Translations under genes and position numbers: made by a program | The notes under the pieces: model-generated | What the model saw: only the letters and a program-made list of their open reading frames with translations | What the model was told of the DNA's origin: nothing | Databases searched by the model: none | Shown: in pieces, positions 11,535 to 20,482 of the stretch | Layout: each line of letters starts with the position of its first letter | Position numbering within the stretch: position 1 is the first letter of the stretch | Source: Deltaproteobacteria bacterium | Lineage (GTDB): Bacteria > Desulfobacterota > Desulfobacteria > Desulfobacterales > C00003060 | Assembly: GCA_003647275.1 (NCBI GenBank) | Contig: QMMN01000007.1 | Coordinates: 6,830-70,829, forward strand | Length of the DNA stretch: 64,000 bases | Direction of reading: 5' to 3'

Positions 11535-14500
11535 CTATGAAGTACTCCCATTTTTCACACGATTGACAATGGACTCGGAAATCTTTTCGGCAGATATACC
11601 AAAGAGTTCTTCAATCTCAAGCAGATTTAGATATTCATCCTTCCAGGCAAGGCTTGTCTCTTCAACAAGATTTCGGATATGATGATATTTGCCCCCTAGA
11701 GCGCTGACCTTATCTTCAAGCTCTACCTGGGTTTTAAATCCAACATTGAATAGTAGGAGATAGTCAATATTGGTGCCGGCTGAGATGACCGGAACGGCAA
11801 GAATACTTCTGTTATCCGTTCTTCCTTTGCCAATAAATACATTCCCGTTCTTCACGATGATCCGCTTGGTACCCCGCAACCTATTATCAGTCTCAACCCG
11901 GGAGACAAGCTCTGCAGCGCTTCCTTCTTTTTTGATCACATGGATGGTCGAATCTTCAACAGGCTCCCCCAAATAGTTCAAACCCGCTATCCTGTAAAGT
12001 GTGGTCCCCTTTATTTCGCTAATGACCGCCTGTAATCGCTTCAACACTAAAACGTTGCTGGTGGTAAGCTGGTTTTGGTTAAACCCATGATTACCGAGTG
12101 CTTCAAAGAGGAGGCCTTCTACCTTTTCTGAGATCCTGCTTGTGCCAACCGTGACAGTTTTCGCCTGGTGTTTTATGGCATCCACAGGCCGGGCCATCTC
12201 ATTGATGACTTTGCCAATACACTCAAAAAAGGCTGTCAGTATATTGGGCGCGGTGCCCTTGATCCCAAAATCAAACTCAAAATCTGAGACAGGGAGTCTT
12301 CCTGCCAGGTATTTTAGCAAGAGCGTGAGATCCGATGCGGCCTGTATTGCCATGGCTGTGGTGTATCGGTTGTGGCTTATTCTCTCCTTGAAGGCCTTAT
12401 AAAACCGCGCTGCCTTTTCTTTAAATCCCTCATCCAGTATGATCTCGTACACATCCTGTCCCTTGTCCATAGAGGTGGCGACATGTTCATGGATCTGCTC
12501 CCGGAAATTGAACAGATATCGGGACTCTTCATTGATGGCCAAGGCTGCGTAGTATCCCCAAAGATGACCTGCCAGGGTGTTTAGTATGGGCGCAAAGTGC
12601 TCCTTTACCTCGGGCACGTAAATCACTGCATCGGCATACGGCTCAAACCGATGCTCGCCTTCTGTGGCCACCACAATCGGCACAGCTTGATGGGCTTTGA
12701 ATATAGCTGTGTCCTTCACAATGTCACCGACGACGTCATCACGGTTGCCTGCGGCACAAACAAAGATCAAGGGCTCCGAAGAAAGATCAATGTGCTTTTT
12801 GTCTTCAACCACGTCTGATGAGATCGTTTTATAGCAAAGTTCGCTCAGTTTTATTCTAATTTCATCAGCAGAGATCTTATTGGGGCCGCTTCCCACAACA
12901 GCCCAGTATTGTTTTGTAACCGCAAATTTCTCTGCTGATTGTCCGATCTCCCGCCGCTTTTCCAACACCTTCTCCATGCATGCAGGAAGCCTCCAAAGGT
13001 GTTCTATCTCCGCTATAATCAAATCGTCTGTTATGCTGCCGACCAATTGGGCCAGCCTCAGCCCCAGGATGCTCCCTCCTACAACCTGAGAATAGTACGC
13101 CTTGGTGGAGGCAACAGACATTTCAATATCTCTGCCGGTGCTCGTATAAAGCACGCCATCCACCTTAAATGTGATGTCAGAGTCCCTCCTGTTGACAATG
13201 GCTATGGTGTAGGCCCCTCGTCCTTTTGCCATATCAATGGCACGATTGGTATCTGTGGTCGTTCCAGACTGCGTGATGGCAACCACCAGGGTATCCTCCA
13301 ATGCGTCTGCAAGCATAAACCCGCTGAATTCAGAAGCCTTAAGGGCAGCCACACGGATATCGGTCTCTTTTAAATAGTACTTCAGCAGTTCCGCACACCC
13401 TGAAGCCGCCACCCCTGCTGTGCCCTGTCCCATAAAAAAAATCTTGCGGATCCTGTTTTGTCTCAAGGCCGATTCAAGGCGAGCCGGTATGACGGAAGCA
13501 TCCAGGAGGATCTGTGGACATCTTTTGCCGTTTTTTTCAACGATGGCCACCCGGCCTTCAATGGTCTGTTCCACCGAGCGTGGCGATTCTGAAATTTCCT
13601 TCAAAAAATAGTGGGGATAGTTCTGGCGGTCGATATCTCTTGAGGTAATTTCTGTCTCTTTAACGTCCTCTTCGGAGAGCTCAATAGGCATGCCATCATA
13701 ATACATGGCCTTGATACCTTCAATGCCTCCACTGGAATTCTGATCCAACACAAATATTTGACCCTGAGTTTTGCCGGATATGCCTTCAACCACCTTCTCC
13801 CCGTCCAGCTTAACATAACGGGGCGTTTCCTCAACAAACCCGTAGCTCTCAGAAGCCAACACATAGTGGTCTTCGGCCAACCCCACAAATATCGCTTGCC
13901 CGCTGCCCTTCTGTGCGAGAAAAATCTTTCCGGGTGCAAGGTCACTGTGCATGGCAATGGCATGAGACCCTTCAAAATCGCTGACTGCCAGGCGAAAGGC
14001 TGTTTCAAGCGTCTTGTCTTTCTTAAGGTACTTTTCTATCTGAAGTGGAATGATCTGAGTATCTGTGGTAATCTCCTTGGCAATAGCCCGCCCACTTTCC
14101 CTTTCATAGTCCCGTTTTAGGCTCTGGTAATTATCAATATCTCCATTCAAACAAACATGAATGATGCCGGTAAGATTTGGCTCGCAGACGCCAACGCCAT
14201 CTTTCTCATGAAAACCGTCTTGCGCCACGCCAAAATTATCAACAGGATGGCAGTTGGCTTCACTGATTTCGCCAACCGAAGCCCAGCGGGTATGGGCCAC
14301 TGCGCTGTGATCAATGTGGGGGAACCTAATGAGGTGCTGGAATATGGCATCCTCCCGAACCTGCTTTCTCAGATATTGAACATTGTCCCCAAGACTTCCG
14401 ATCTCAGCGGCTATCTTGTAAGTGAATGCCAATGAAACCGTGGGACTGTGCTTATTGATCCTGATGCCGCGATTTAATAAGACATAGCCAGCCTGTCTGG

Positions 14501-15272
14501 CCTCAAATTCATCAAGCAGGGATTTCTCTTGCAACGTTTTTTGAAACCGGGAAAAGTTGGCCTCATCAAGTACAAAAAGGAGGGAGATACCTGCAGAGTC
14601 TCTTCCCCTGACTTCAAGTCGATCCAGGTTGTTAAAGACAAGGTTAATCTCTTTGAGCCGCCTCACAGCAAGTGGGGTGTTGTCGTATTGGCCAAATGAG
14701 CCCAAGGCATTTATTTTGTCAATATTTTCAAGGATCTCGTACTTCAAGGACCACAGGATATCCCTCAACTGAATTATGCGGCGACTCATGGATTCATATT
14801 CTTCTGCTGCCAAACGCCCTTTTTTCTGGATCCGAACATTGTCTTCAGCCTCGATCAGGCTCTCTAACTTCGCACAAAGGTTGGAAAGTTGCTCCCTGTA
14901 GCCCCTGTTAGAAAAAACTTCATAAAACTCATCGTGAGCCTTAAATCTATTACAGAGGTGTTTGATCTCCTTCAAGAGATCTTTTCCACCAAGGTAACTG
15001 TCTATTCGTCCCGGCCTTTTTTTTTCGAGCCTCTCCCAGGTGTATTCAAAAAGGGTCTCTACCTTATGCTCTATCTTCTGAACGGGCAAATTTACGGTTT
15101 GGGCAGATCGTCTCTTGAAGGCCAGAACACCTGTTATCCCGCAGTTTAAAACGGCAGGATCATAAGGAAACAGAACTAATGAACCTTCTGCAACCGTTTT
15201 CAAACTCCTTCCAAAGTAAAAGCCGGTAATGCCTTTTGTCTTCAAAAATGCCTTTATTTTCTTGAGTATCAT
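11535..15272 (-). CDS. Giant GlmS-like protein: class-II glutamine amidotransferase plus two SIS domains, with large insertions and extensions
   Basis: NCGITG (Cys44), RGRDSAGIS, HTRWASVG, CHP and LNGDIDNY blocks form the GATase-2 part. SIS motifs are GQGTAG...ITQSGTTTDT and VVGSGPN. At 1245 aa it is about twice the size of a typical GlmS. Confidence 0.75.
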   Translation of the reverse strand: MILKKIKAFLKTKGITGFYFGRSLKTVAEGSLVLFPYDPAVLNCGITGVLAFKRRSAQTVNLPVQKIEHKVETLFEYTWERLEKKRPGRIDSYLGGKDLLKEIKHLCNRFKAHDEFYEVFSNRGYREQLSNLCAKLESLIEAEDNVRIQKKGRLAAEEYESMSRRIIQLRDILWSLKYEILENIDKINALGSFGQYDNTPLAVRRLKEINLVFNNLDRLEVRGRDSAGISLLFVLDEANFSRFQKTLQEKSLLDEFEARQAGYVLLNRGIRINKHSPTVSLAFTYKIAAEIGSLGDNVQYLRKQVREDAIFQHLIRFPHIDHSAVAHTRWASVGEISEANCHPVDNFGVAQDGFHEKDGVGVCEPNLTGIIHVCLNGDIDNYQSLKRDYERESGRAIAKEITTDTQIIPLQIEKYLKKDKTLETAFRLAVSDFEGSHAIAMHSDLAPGKIFLAQKGSGQAIFVGLAEDHYVLASESYGFVEETPRYVKLDGEKVVEGISGKTQGQIFVLDQNSSGGIEGIKAMYYDGMPIELSEEDVKETEITSRDIDRQNYPHYFLKEISESPRSVEQTIEGRVAIVEKNGKRCPQILLDASVIPARLESALRQNRIRKIFFMGQGTAGVAASGCAELLKYYLKETDIRVAALKASEFSGFMLADALEDTLVVAITQSGTTTDTNRAIDMAKGRGAYTIAIVNRRDSDITFKVDGVLYTSTGRDIEMSVASTKAYYSQVVGGSILGLRLAQLVGSITDDLIIAEIEHLWRLPACMEKVLEKRREIGQSAEKFAVTKQYWAVVGSGPNKISADEIRIKLSELCYKTISSDVVEDKKHIDLSSEPLIFVCAAGNRDDVVGDIVKDTAIFKAHQAVPIVVATEGEHRFEPYADAVIYVPEVKEHFAPILNTLAGHLWGYYAALAINEESRYLFNFREQIHEHVATSMDKGQDVYEIILDEGFKEKAARFYKAFKERISHNRYTTAMAIQAASDLTLLLKYLAGRLPVSDFEFDFGIKGTAPNILTAFFECIGKVINEMARPVDAIKHQAKTVTVGTSRISEKVEGLLFEALGNHGFNQNQLTTSNVLVLKRLQAVISEIKGTTLYRIAGLNYLGEPVEDSTIHVIKKEGSAAELVSRVETDNRLRGTKRIIVKNGNVFIGKGRTDNRSILAVPVISAGTNIDYLLLFNVGFKTQVELEDKVSALGGKYHHIRNLVEETSLAWKDEYLNLLEIEELFGISAEKISESIVNRVKNGSTS

Positions 15273-15441
15273 ACCCCTATCTTACAAAATTGTACGTTAA
15301 CAGGGAAAGCCTCCATCTTTCCCATTACTCCTGAGAGAAGGGGGGCGGCCCTAAAAAGTAGTAAATGAGCTTGAACAGATGCTTTAATCAAGCCCTACGT
15401 ATATGATTTTGGGACCTCATCCCTACTCATGCAAAAGGATT

Positions 15442-16188
15442 TTAACCCCTAAGGGCCATCTCAAGCTTTCCAATATCTGCTGGTGTGTCAACTTCCTTTG
15501 AATCATAGCGGGTCTCTACCACTTTAATCCGGTAGCCATGATCCATAGCCCGTAGCTGTTCAAGCTTCTCTATGGCTTCCAGCCTGCCCTGCGGAAGCGA
15601 GGCAAAGCAATCCAAAAAATGCTTCCGGTAAGCATAGATCCCCAGGTGTTTGAAGATATCGAATGACACGGCACCATCCCGGCTACAAGGGATGGTTGAT
15701 CGGGAGAAGTAAAGGGCAAAGTGGTCTTTGTCAAACACACATTTTACGTGATTCGGATCATTGATTTCAGCCGGATCACTTATCTTGTAAATCAGGGTGC
15801 TCATGACAAGGTGGGAATCCTCCAGGAGTGGAGATACAACCTCAGGAAGACACCGCGGATCAAAGGCTGGTTGATCGCCCTGGATGTTGATGACAATATC
15901 TTCGTCTTTTAGGCCAAGTGCTTGGGCGGCCTCTGCTGCCCGGTCTGATCCGGATCGATGGGTTGGCGCTGTCATTAATACCCGGCCACCAAACCCCTGA
16001 ACACACCTATAAATGCGCTCGTCATCTGTGGCAATCACCACGTCGGTCAGAATGGCGGCCTGTTTGGCCTTCTCATACACCCACTGGATCATAGGTTTGC
16101 CGAGAATCGCCATCAGGGGTTTGCCTTCAAATCTCTTGGAACCGTATCTGCAGGGAATGATAGCAACTATTTTCATGAGATCAAACAC
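15442..16188 (-). CDS. kdsB: 3-deoxy-manno-octulosonate cytidylyltransferase (CMP-Kdo synthetase family)
   Basis: VAIIPCRYGSKRFEGKPL N-terminus, the NIQGDQP block, and a typical length of 248 aa. Confidence 0.85.
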   Translation of the reverse strand: MFDLMKIVAIIPCRYGSKRFEGKPLMAILGKPMIQWVYEKAKQAAILTDVVIATDDERIYRCVQGFGGRVLMTAPTHRSGSDRAAEAAQALGLKDEDIVINIQGDQPAFDPRCLPEVVSPLLEDSHLVMSTLIYKISDPAEINDPNHVKCVFDKDHFALYFSRSTIPCSRDGAVSFDIFKHLGIYAYRKHFLDCFASLPQGRLEAIEKLEQLRAMDHGYRIKVVETRYDSKEVDTPADIGKLEMALRG

Positions 16189-16415
16189 ACATCATGGACT
16201 CGTAAAAAGTCATCAAATAGACGGCTCCAGATGCAAGACGCGCACCTCTTTTAAAGCCGTCAGGCGCAATCTTGAGAAATGAGGCGTACTTAAACGTACG
16301 TCGGAATGATTTACCCTGTTAAATCGGCTCCGCCGTCTCGCATAACAAGAATTTAACAGAGCGGGGATGAAGCGCAACGCAGTAGATGGACTTTTTACGA
16401 AGCTGTCACACACGA

Positions 16416-17621
16416 CTAAAGTACAACAGAGGCCGCCTTTTGGACAGCCGACACAATGGTTTCAAGGCGATCGTCGCTCATTTTCACTGAAATGGGATAG
16501 ACCAGAAGCCTGTCGAAAACCGCTTCTGACTTAGGGAGGTTATCTGGCATATATCTTAATGCCTCTCCTGCTTCGCTTCTTTTGAAAGGCCACCCGGTCC
16601 GACACAGGGTCAAGCCCTGGTGCAGGTGTTCCCATTTCGGATAAAAATGCCAGGTATTTTCTTTAAAGTAGATAGCACCCGCCTTTTCCTCAGACAATAC
16701 CTTTTTAAATTTCCTTGCCGTGCCCCCGTCCGGGAGAAAAAAGGCCAGAAAGGTGGCCGTGTCTCCTGCTGGATCCGGGATTGTTCGAAAAGTCACACCA
16801 TCCACATCTTCAAGAGCCGACCTGATGGCCGCCTTGTGTTTCCTCTGTGCAGCAATGATGTCATCCAGCTTGGCCAGTTGGGCCAGTCCAATCGCTCCTT
16901 GAAGCTCGGTCATCCTGTAATTGAACCCTATGAATCGGCGACCTTCCAAGCCTCGTTCCAGCTCCGGGTTATGGTCATGGCCGTGGTCGTGAAATTCTGA
17001 ACAATTGCGATAAAGGGCCGCATCATTGGTCACAATCATGCCGCCTTCACCTGTTGTGATGGCCTTTACCGGATCAAATGAGAAAATGCCCATGGTACCA
17101 AAGGTCCCTAGGTGGCGACCATTCAAGGTTCCACCGCAGGCCTGAGCTGTATCCTCTATAACGGGAATACCGTGCCTGTCCGCAATGGCTACGATCTCCT
17201 CTATGCGGGCCGGTGCCCCAAGCATATGGACCGGTATGATCGCCCTGGTGCGAGGCGTTATCTTTTGCTCCAAGTCTTCAGGGTCCATGGTCAGGGTTTC
17301 ATCCACCTCTGTAAAGACAGGCACCGCCCCGCTATCCAGAATGGCCTCCCACGTGGCCACAAAGGTAAACCCCTGCGTGATGACCTCGTCGCCAGGACTA
17401 ATACCGAGGGCTGCCATGGCCACACGAAGTGCAGCGGTTCCTGAGGATACTGCCTGTGCATAAGCGGCTCCGCAGTATTCGGCAAATCGTTTTTCAAATT
17501 CAGCTACTTTGTAAACGCCTTTTCGCTGTTCGGCAAACTCATAGCGAAACAGGACCCCGGTATCGAGCACCTCCAAGACCTCACGCTTTTCTTCTTCCCC
17601 AAAAACTTCAAAGCCAGGCAT
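16416..17621 (-). CDS. DegT/DnrJ/EryC1/StrS-family PLP-dependent sugar aminotransferase
   Basis: 401 aa with family-typical blocks AVSSGTAAL, DEVITQGFTFVAT and SFDPVKAITTGEGG (the Lys in the FxxxK context). Confidence 0.85.
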   Translation of the reverse strand: MPGFEVFGEEEKREVLEVLDTGVLFRYEFAEQRKGVYKVAEFEKRFAEYCGAAYAQAVSSGTAALRVAMAALGISPGDEVITQGFTFVATWEAILDSGAVPVFTEVDETLTMDPEDLEQKITPRTRAIIPVHMLGAPARIEEIVAIADRHGIPVIEDTAQACGGTLNGRHLGTFGTMGIFSFDPVKAITTGEGGMIVTNDAALYRNCSEFHDHGHDHNPELERGLEGRRFIGFNYRMTELQGAIGLAQLAKLDDIIAAQRKHKAAIRSALEDVDGVTFRTIPDPAGDTATFLAFFLPDGGTARKFKKVLSEEKAGAIYFKENTWHFYPKWEHLHQGLTLCRTGWPFKRSEAGEALRYMPDNLPKSEAVFDRLLVYPISVKMSDDRLETIVSAVQKAASVVL

Positions 17622-17635
17622 GGGTTTCCTCCTAT

Positions 17636-18793
17636 TTAAAAAGCTGATTGGTAAATCTTGATGGCTGCCTCTTTTGTCATTTTTCTCGGATTGTTTGCAA
17701 TGGGTCGGGCGACCGTCATGGCCATCTCAGCCATGTCCGCTATGGCCGACTCTGGTATGTTAAGATCTTTGAGCCGTTGCGGGATGCCGATATCCCTTGA
17801 GAGCCCTCTAACGACCTCCACACCTGCCTTTGCGGAGACCCCCCGGGAATGTCCTGTTGCCCCGGCTCCTATCAGCAATGCAACCTGTGCATATTTTTCT
17901 TCTGCATCCTCTAGGTTATATGCCATAATATACGGTAAAAGAACGGCATTGGCCAAGCCGTGCGGAATATCAAAAAAGGCGCCGAGTGGATACGCCAAGG
18001 CATGGCAGGCCCCCACACCGGCACTGGCCAGTGCAAGCCCCCCCATGAGGCTTCCCAGCAACATATCACGCCGAGCCTGCAGATCGTCTCCACGGTCAAC
18101 AGCCCGTCTCAAATTCGCCCCGATAAGGCTGATGGCTTCACGGGCCACCAGATCACTGATCGGGTTGGACTGCAATGAGGTAAAGGCCTCAATAGCGTGT
18201 GTTAGGGCATCCATGCCCGTGGTGGCAGTTGGATACGGGGGCAAACTCACGGTCAACTCTGGATCCAGGAGCGCCAGGTCGGGATACATGAAGCGGCTGT
18301 TAATGCCTCCCTTTACCTTTTTCTCTCTCATGGTAAAGACGGCTGTAAAGGTCACCTCACTCCCTGTGCCTGCAGTCGTAGGTATCATGATGGTAGGCAG
18401 GCCGGGCATTGGTACTGTTTCAAGCCCGATATAGTCAACAGCCTTTCCACCGTTTTTAGCCAACATAGCTGCCGCCTTGGCCACATCCAGACTACTGCCT
18501 CCACCCACGCCCACAATAAGGTCACAGCGTTCTTTTATGGCCAGCGCAGCCCCCTCATCTGCCAGAACGGGTTCTGGCTCCGAGGTAACCTTATCGTACA
18601 GAACATAAGAAACGCTATTGGCTTCCAGGGGATCCACGACCCGTTGAGCCACACCGACCTGCTCAAGGCCTTGATCCAGAACCAGCAGGACCTTTGTCCC
18701 GGAAAGTGCCTTAATCTCGTCTGATAGCTTTCTAATAGAACCCTGTCCGAATAAGATCTTCTTAGCACCTTGAAAGGTAAATTGGGATATCAT
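17636..18793 (-). CDS. Iron-containing (group III) alcohol dehydrogenase-family oxidoreductase
   Basis: GVGGGSSLDVAKA and histidine-rich metal-site blocks (THAIEAF, CHALAYPLG). The start is reset to ATG 18793 (MISQFTFQ), which has a GGAGAG RBS. The 40 upstream codons in the ORF track are translated repeat DNA. Confidence 0.85.
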   Translation of the reverse strand: MISQFTFQGAKKILFGQGSIRKLSDEIKALSGTKVLLVLDQGLEQVGVAQRVVDPLEANSVSYVLYDKVTSEPEPVLADEGAALAIKERCDLIVGVGGGSSLDVAKAAAMLAKNGGKAVDYIGLETVPMPGLPTIMIPTTAGTGSEVTFTAVFTMREKKVKGGINSRFMYPDLALLDPELTVSLPPYPTATTGMDALTHAIEAFTSLQSNPISDLVAREAISLIGANLRRAVDRGDDLQARRDMLLGSLMGGLALASAGVGACHALAYPLGAFFDIPHGLANAVLLPYIMAYNLEDAEEKYAQVALLIGAGATGHSRGVSAKAGVEVVRGLSRDIGIPQRLKDLNIPESAIADMAEMAMTVARPIANNPRKMTKEAAIKIYQSAF

Positions 18794-18842
18794 ATCAACT
18801 CTCCACAGGCTGTTGCCCAAATCACCGAAATGCAAATGTGAA

Positions 18843-18909
18843 GCCTCCCCGCCCTCCCGGGCAGGGATTCTGCCTGACGGCAGCGCTTCGCGTCCGGGGA
18901 GCAGGCCGG
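18843..18909. repeat. GC-rich multi-hairpin (cloverleaf-like) repeat, copy 1 (copy 2 at 47403-47470)
   Basis: The outer helix CTCCCCG/CGGGGAG encloses three hairpins: GCCC-tccc-GGGC, CTGCC-tgac-GGCAG and CGC-ttc-GCG. The 3' two-thirds is near-identical to the second copy. Confidence 0.7.
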
Positions 18910-18939
18910 TCAATATGTAAAATGCTCAAACAGTCTAAA

Positions 18940-19056
18940 GGGTAAGGAAATCCGCTAAGCATAGGTTTCCGGCCATTTCCACCGACAATAATCGCATACC
19001 GGCTAAAGGCGTTGGGGGCCGATGAGAAGCGGTTTTTCTTACCCTGAATGGTGAAC
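18940..19056. repeat. Copy B of the ~115-nt hairpin element (copy A at 4895-5008)
   Basis: The terminal helix GGGTAAGGAAATCCGCT / AGCGGTTTTTCTTACCC differs from copy A in a way that keeps base-pairing. The internal conserved blocks are the same. Confidence 0.7.
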
Positions 19057-19068
19057 TATTGCAAACTT

Positions 19069-20466
19069 TCAGTATTCAAGGCACAGCTTTGAAAAGCCTT
19101 CTTCTGGCGGTATGGGATACTTACCATTAAAACAGGCCAAACAAAAACCATCCTTTTCAAGTCCCGTAGCCTCAAGCATGCCAGGAAGGCTCAGATAGCA
19201 AAGGCTGTCCAGCCCGATAAAGTTTTTCACCTCTTCCACCGTGTGCTGGGAGGCAATCAGTTCCCCCTTGGTCGAAAAGTCAATACCGTAGTAACAAGGA
19301 TAACGGTGAGGCGGGCAACTTACCACCATGTGAATTTCCCTAGCCCCGGCTTCCCGCAAGGTCTTAATGCGCATCTTGCTCGTGGTACCCCGTATGATCG
19401 AGTCTTCGACAATCACGACACGTTTCCGTTTAAGAATTTCACGAACCGGGTTGAGTTTAACCTTCACCCCGAAGTCCCGCATGGATTGGGCAGGCTCAAT
19501 AAAGGTCCTCCCCACGTAATGGTTCCGGATGACCCCCATCTCCAAGGGTATGCCTGATCCATGACAGAAACCAATGGCGGCATAGTTTCCAGAATCTGGG
19601 AAGGGCATGGCAAAGTCGGCCTCAAGGGGATATTCCTCGGCCAATTTTTTCCCAAGCCTCTTTCGCACAGTATAAACATTCTGGCCAAAGATATTGCTGT
19701 CGGGCCTGGCAAAATAGATAAATTCGAAGATGCAAAATGTACTCCTGCGTTCGGCAAAAGGCCTGATTGACCTTAACCCATCTTGACCAATGATCAATAT
19801 CTCGCCTGGATCAATATCTCTGATATACTGAGCATCTATCAGATCGAGGGCGCATGTCTCAGAGGCGACAATATAGCTCCCGTTGAGCGCTCCAAGACAC
19901 ATGGGACGGAACCCATTGGGGTCCCTGAAAGCCATAAGCTTATCTTCAGTCATCAAGACGCAACAATAAGCCCCTTGAATCTCAGAAACTGCCTTGACCA
20001 CGGCCTCTTCCACCCCATCTTGTATGTTGCGGGCCAGCAGGTGGACGATGATCTCGCTGTCCATGGTGGTCTGAAAAATAGAACCTCTCTTTTCAAGATC
20101 TCCCCTCAGCTTTTTGGCATTGGTGAGATTCCCGTTGTGGGCAATGGCCAGGGTCTTTCCCGCATGGGAAACGACAAACGGTTGGGCGTTTTTGGCAATA
20201 GAAGACCCGGTCGTGGAATATCTAACATGCCCAATGCCTATGTGGCCGCGTAGCGTATTCAAGATCGGTTCATTGAAGACCTCATGGACAAGCCCCATCC
20301 CCTTGTGTTCTTGAATTGACTTACCCGTAGAGGTCACGATACCAGCACTTTCCTGTCCCCGGTGCTGAAGAGCATAGAGCCCAAAATAGGTTAACTTTGA
20401 GGCATCATCGTGTCCGAATACACCAAAGACGCCACATGACTCTTTTGGCCCATGACAAAGTTTCAT
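19069..20466 (-). CDS. purF: Amidophosphoribosyltransferase
   Basis: A short propeptide followed by CGVFGVFGH (Ntn Cys), plus a PRTase domain with VVIVEDSIIRGTT. Confidence 0.95.
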   Translation of the reverse strand: MKLCHGPKESCGVFGVFGHDDASKLTYFGLYALQHRGQESAGIVTSTGKSIQEHKGMGLVHEVFNEPILNTLRGHIGIGHVRYSTTGSSIAKNAQPFVVSHAGKTLAIAHNGNLTNAKKLRGDLEKRGSIFQTTMDSEIIVHLLARNIQDGVEEAVVKAVSEIQGAYCCVLMTEDKLMAFRDPNGFRPMCLGALNGSYIVASETCALDLIDAQYIRDIDPGEILIIGQDGLRSIRPFAERRSTFCIFEFIYFARPDSNIFGQNVYTVRKRLGKKLAEEYPLEADFAMPFPDSGNYAAIGFCHGSGIPLEMGVIRNHYVGRTFIEPAQSMRDFGVKVKLNPVREILKRKRVVIVEDSIIRGTTSKMRIKTLREAGAREIHMVVSCPPHRYPCYYGIDFSTKGELIASQHTVEEVKNFIGLDSLCYLSLPGMLEATGLEKDGFCLACFNGKYPIPPEEGFSKLCLEY

Positions 20467-20482
20467 CCTTTACCCCACCTTT

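Noticed and set aside
17658-18434. 258-aa plus-strand ORF (Ala/Ser/Arg/Pro-rich)
   Set aside because: It lies entirely antisense to the well-supported Fe-ADH gene. Its low-complexity composition is typical of the reverse frame of a GC-rich gene, and it has no RBS or recognisable motif.
18794-18913. 40-codon N-terminal extension of the alcohol dehydrogenase ORF
   Set aside because: The extension is a translation of the GC-rich hairpin repeat, which also occurs at 47403-47470 in a non-coding context. A proper RBS (GGAGAG) and the conserved N-terminus begin at ATG 18793.
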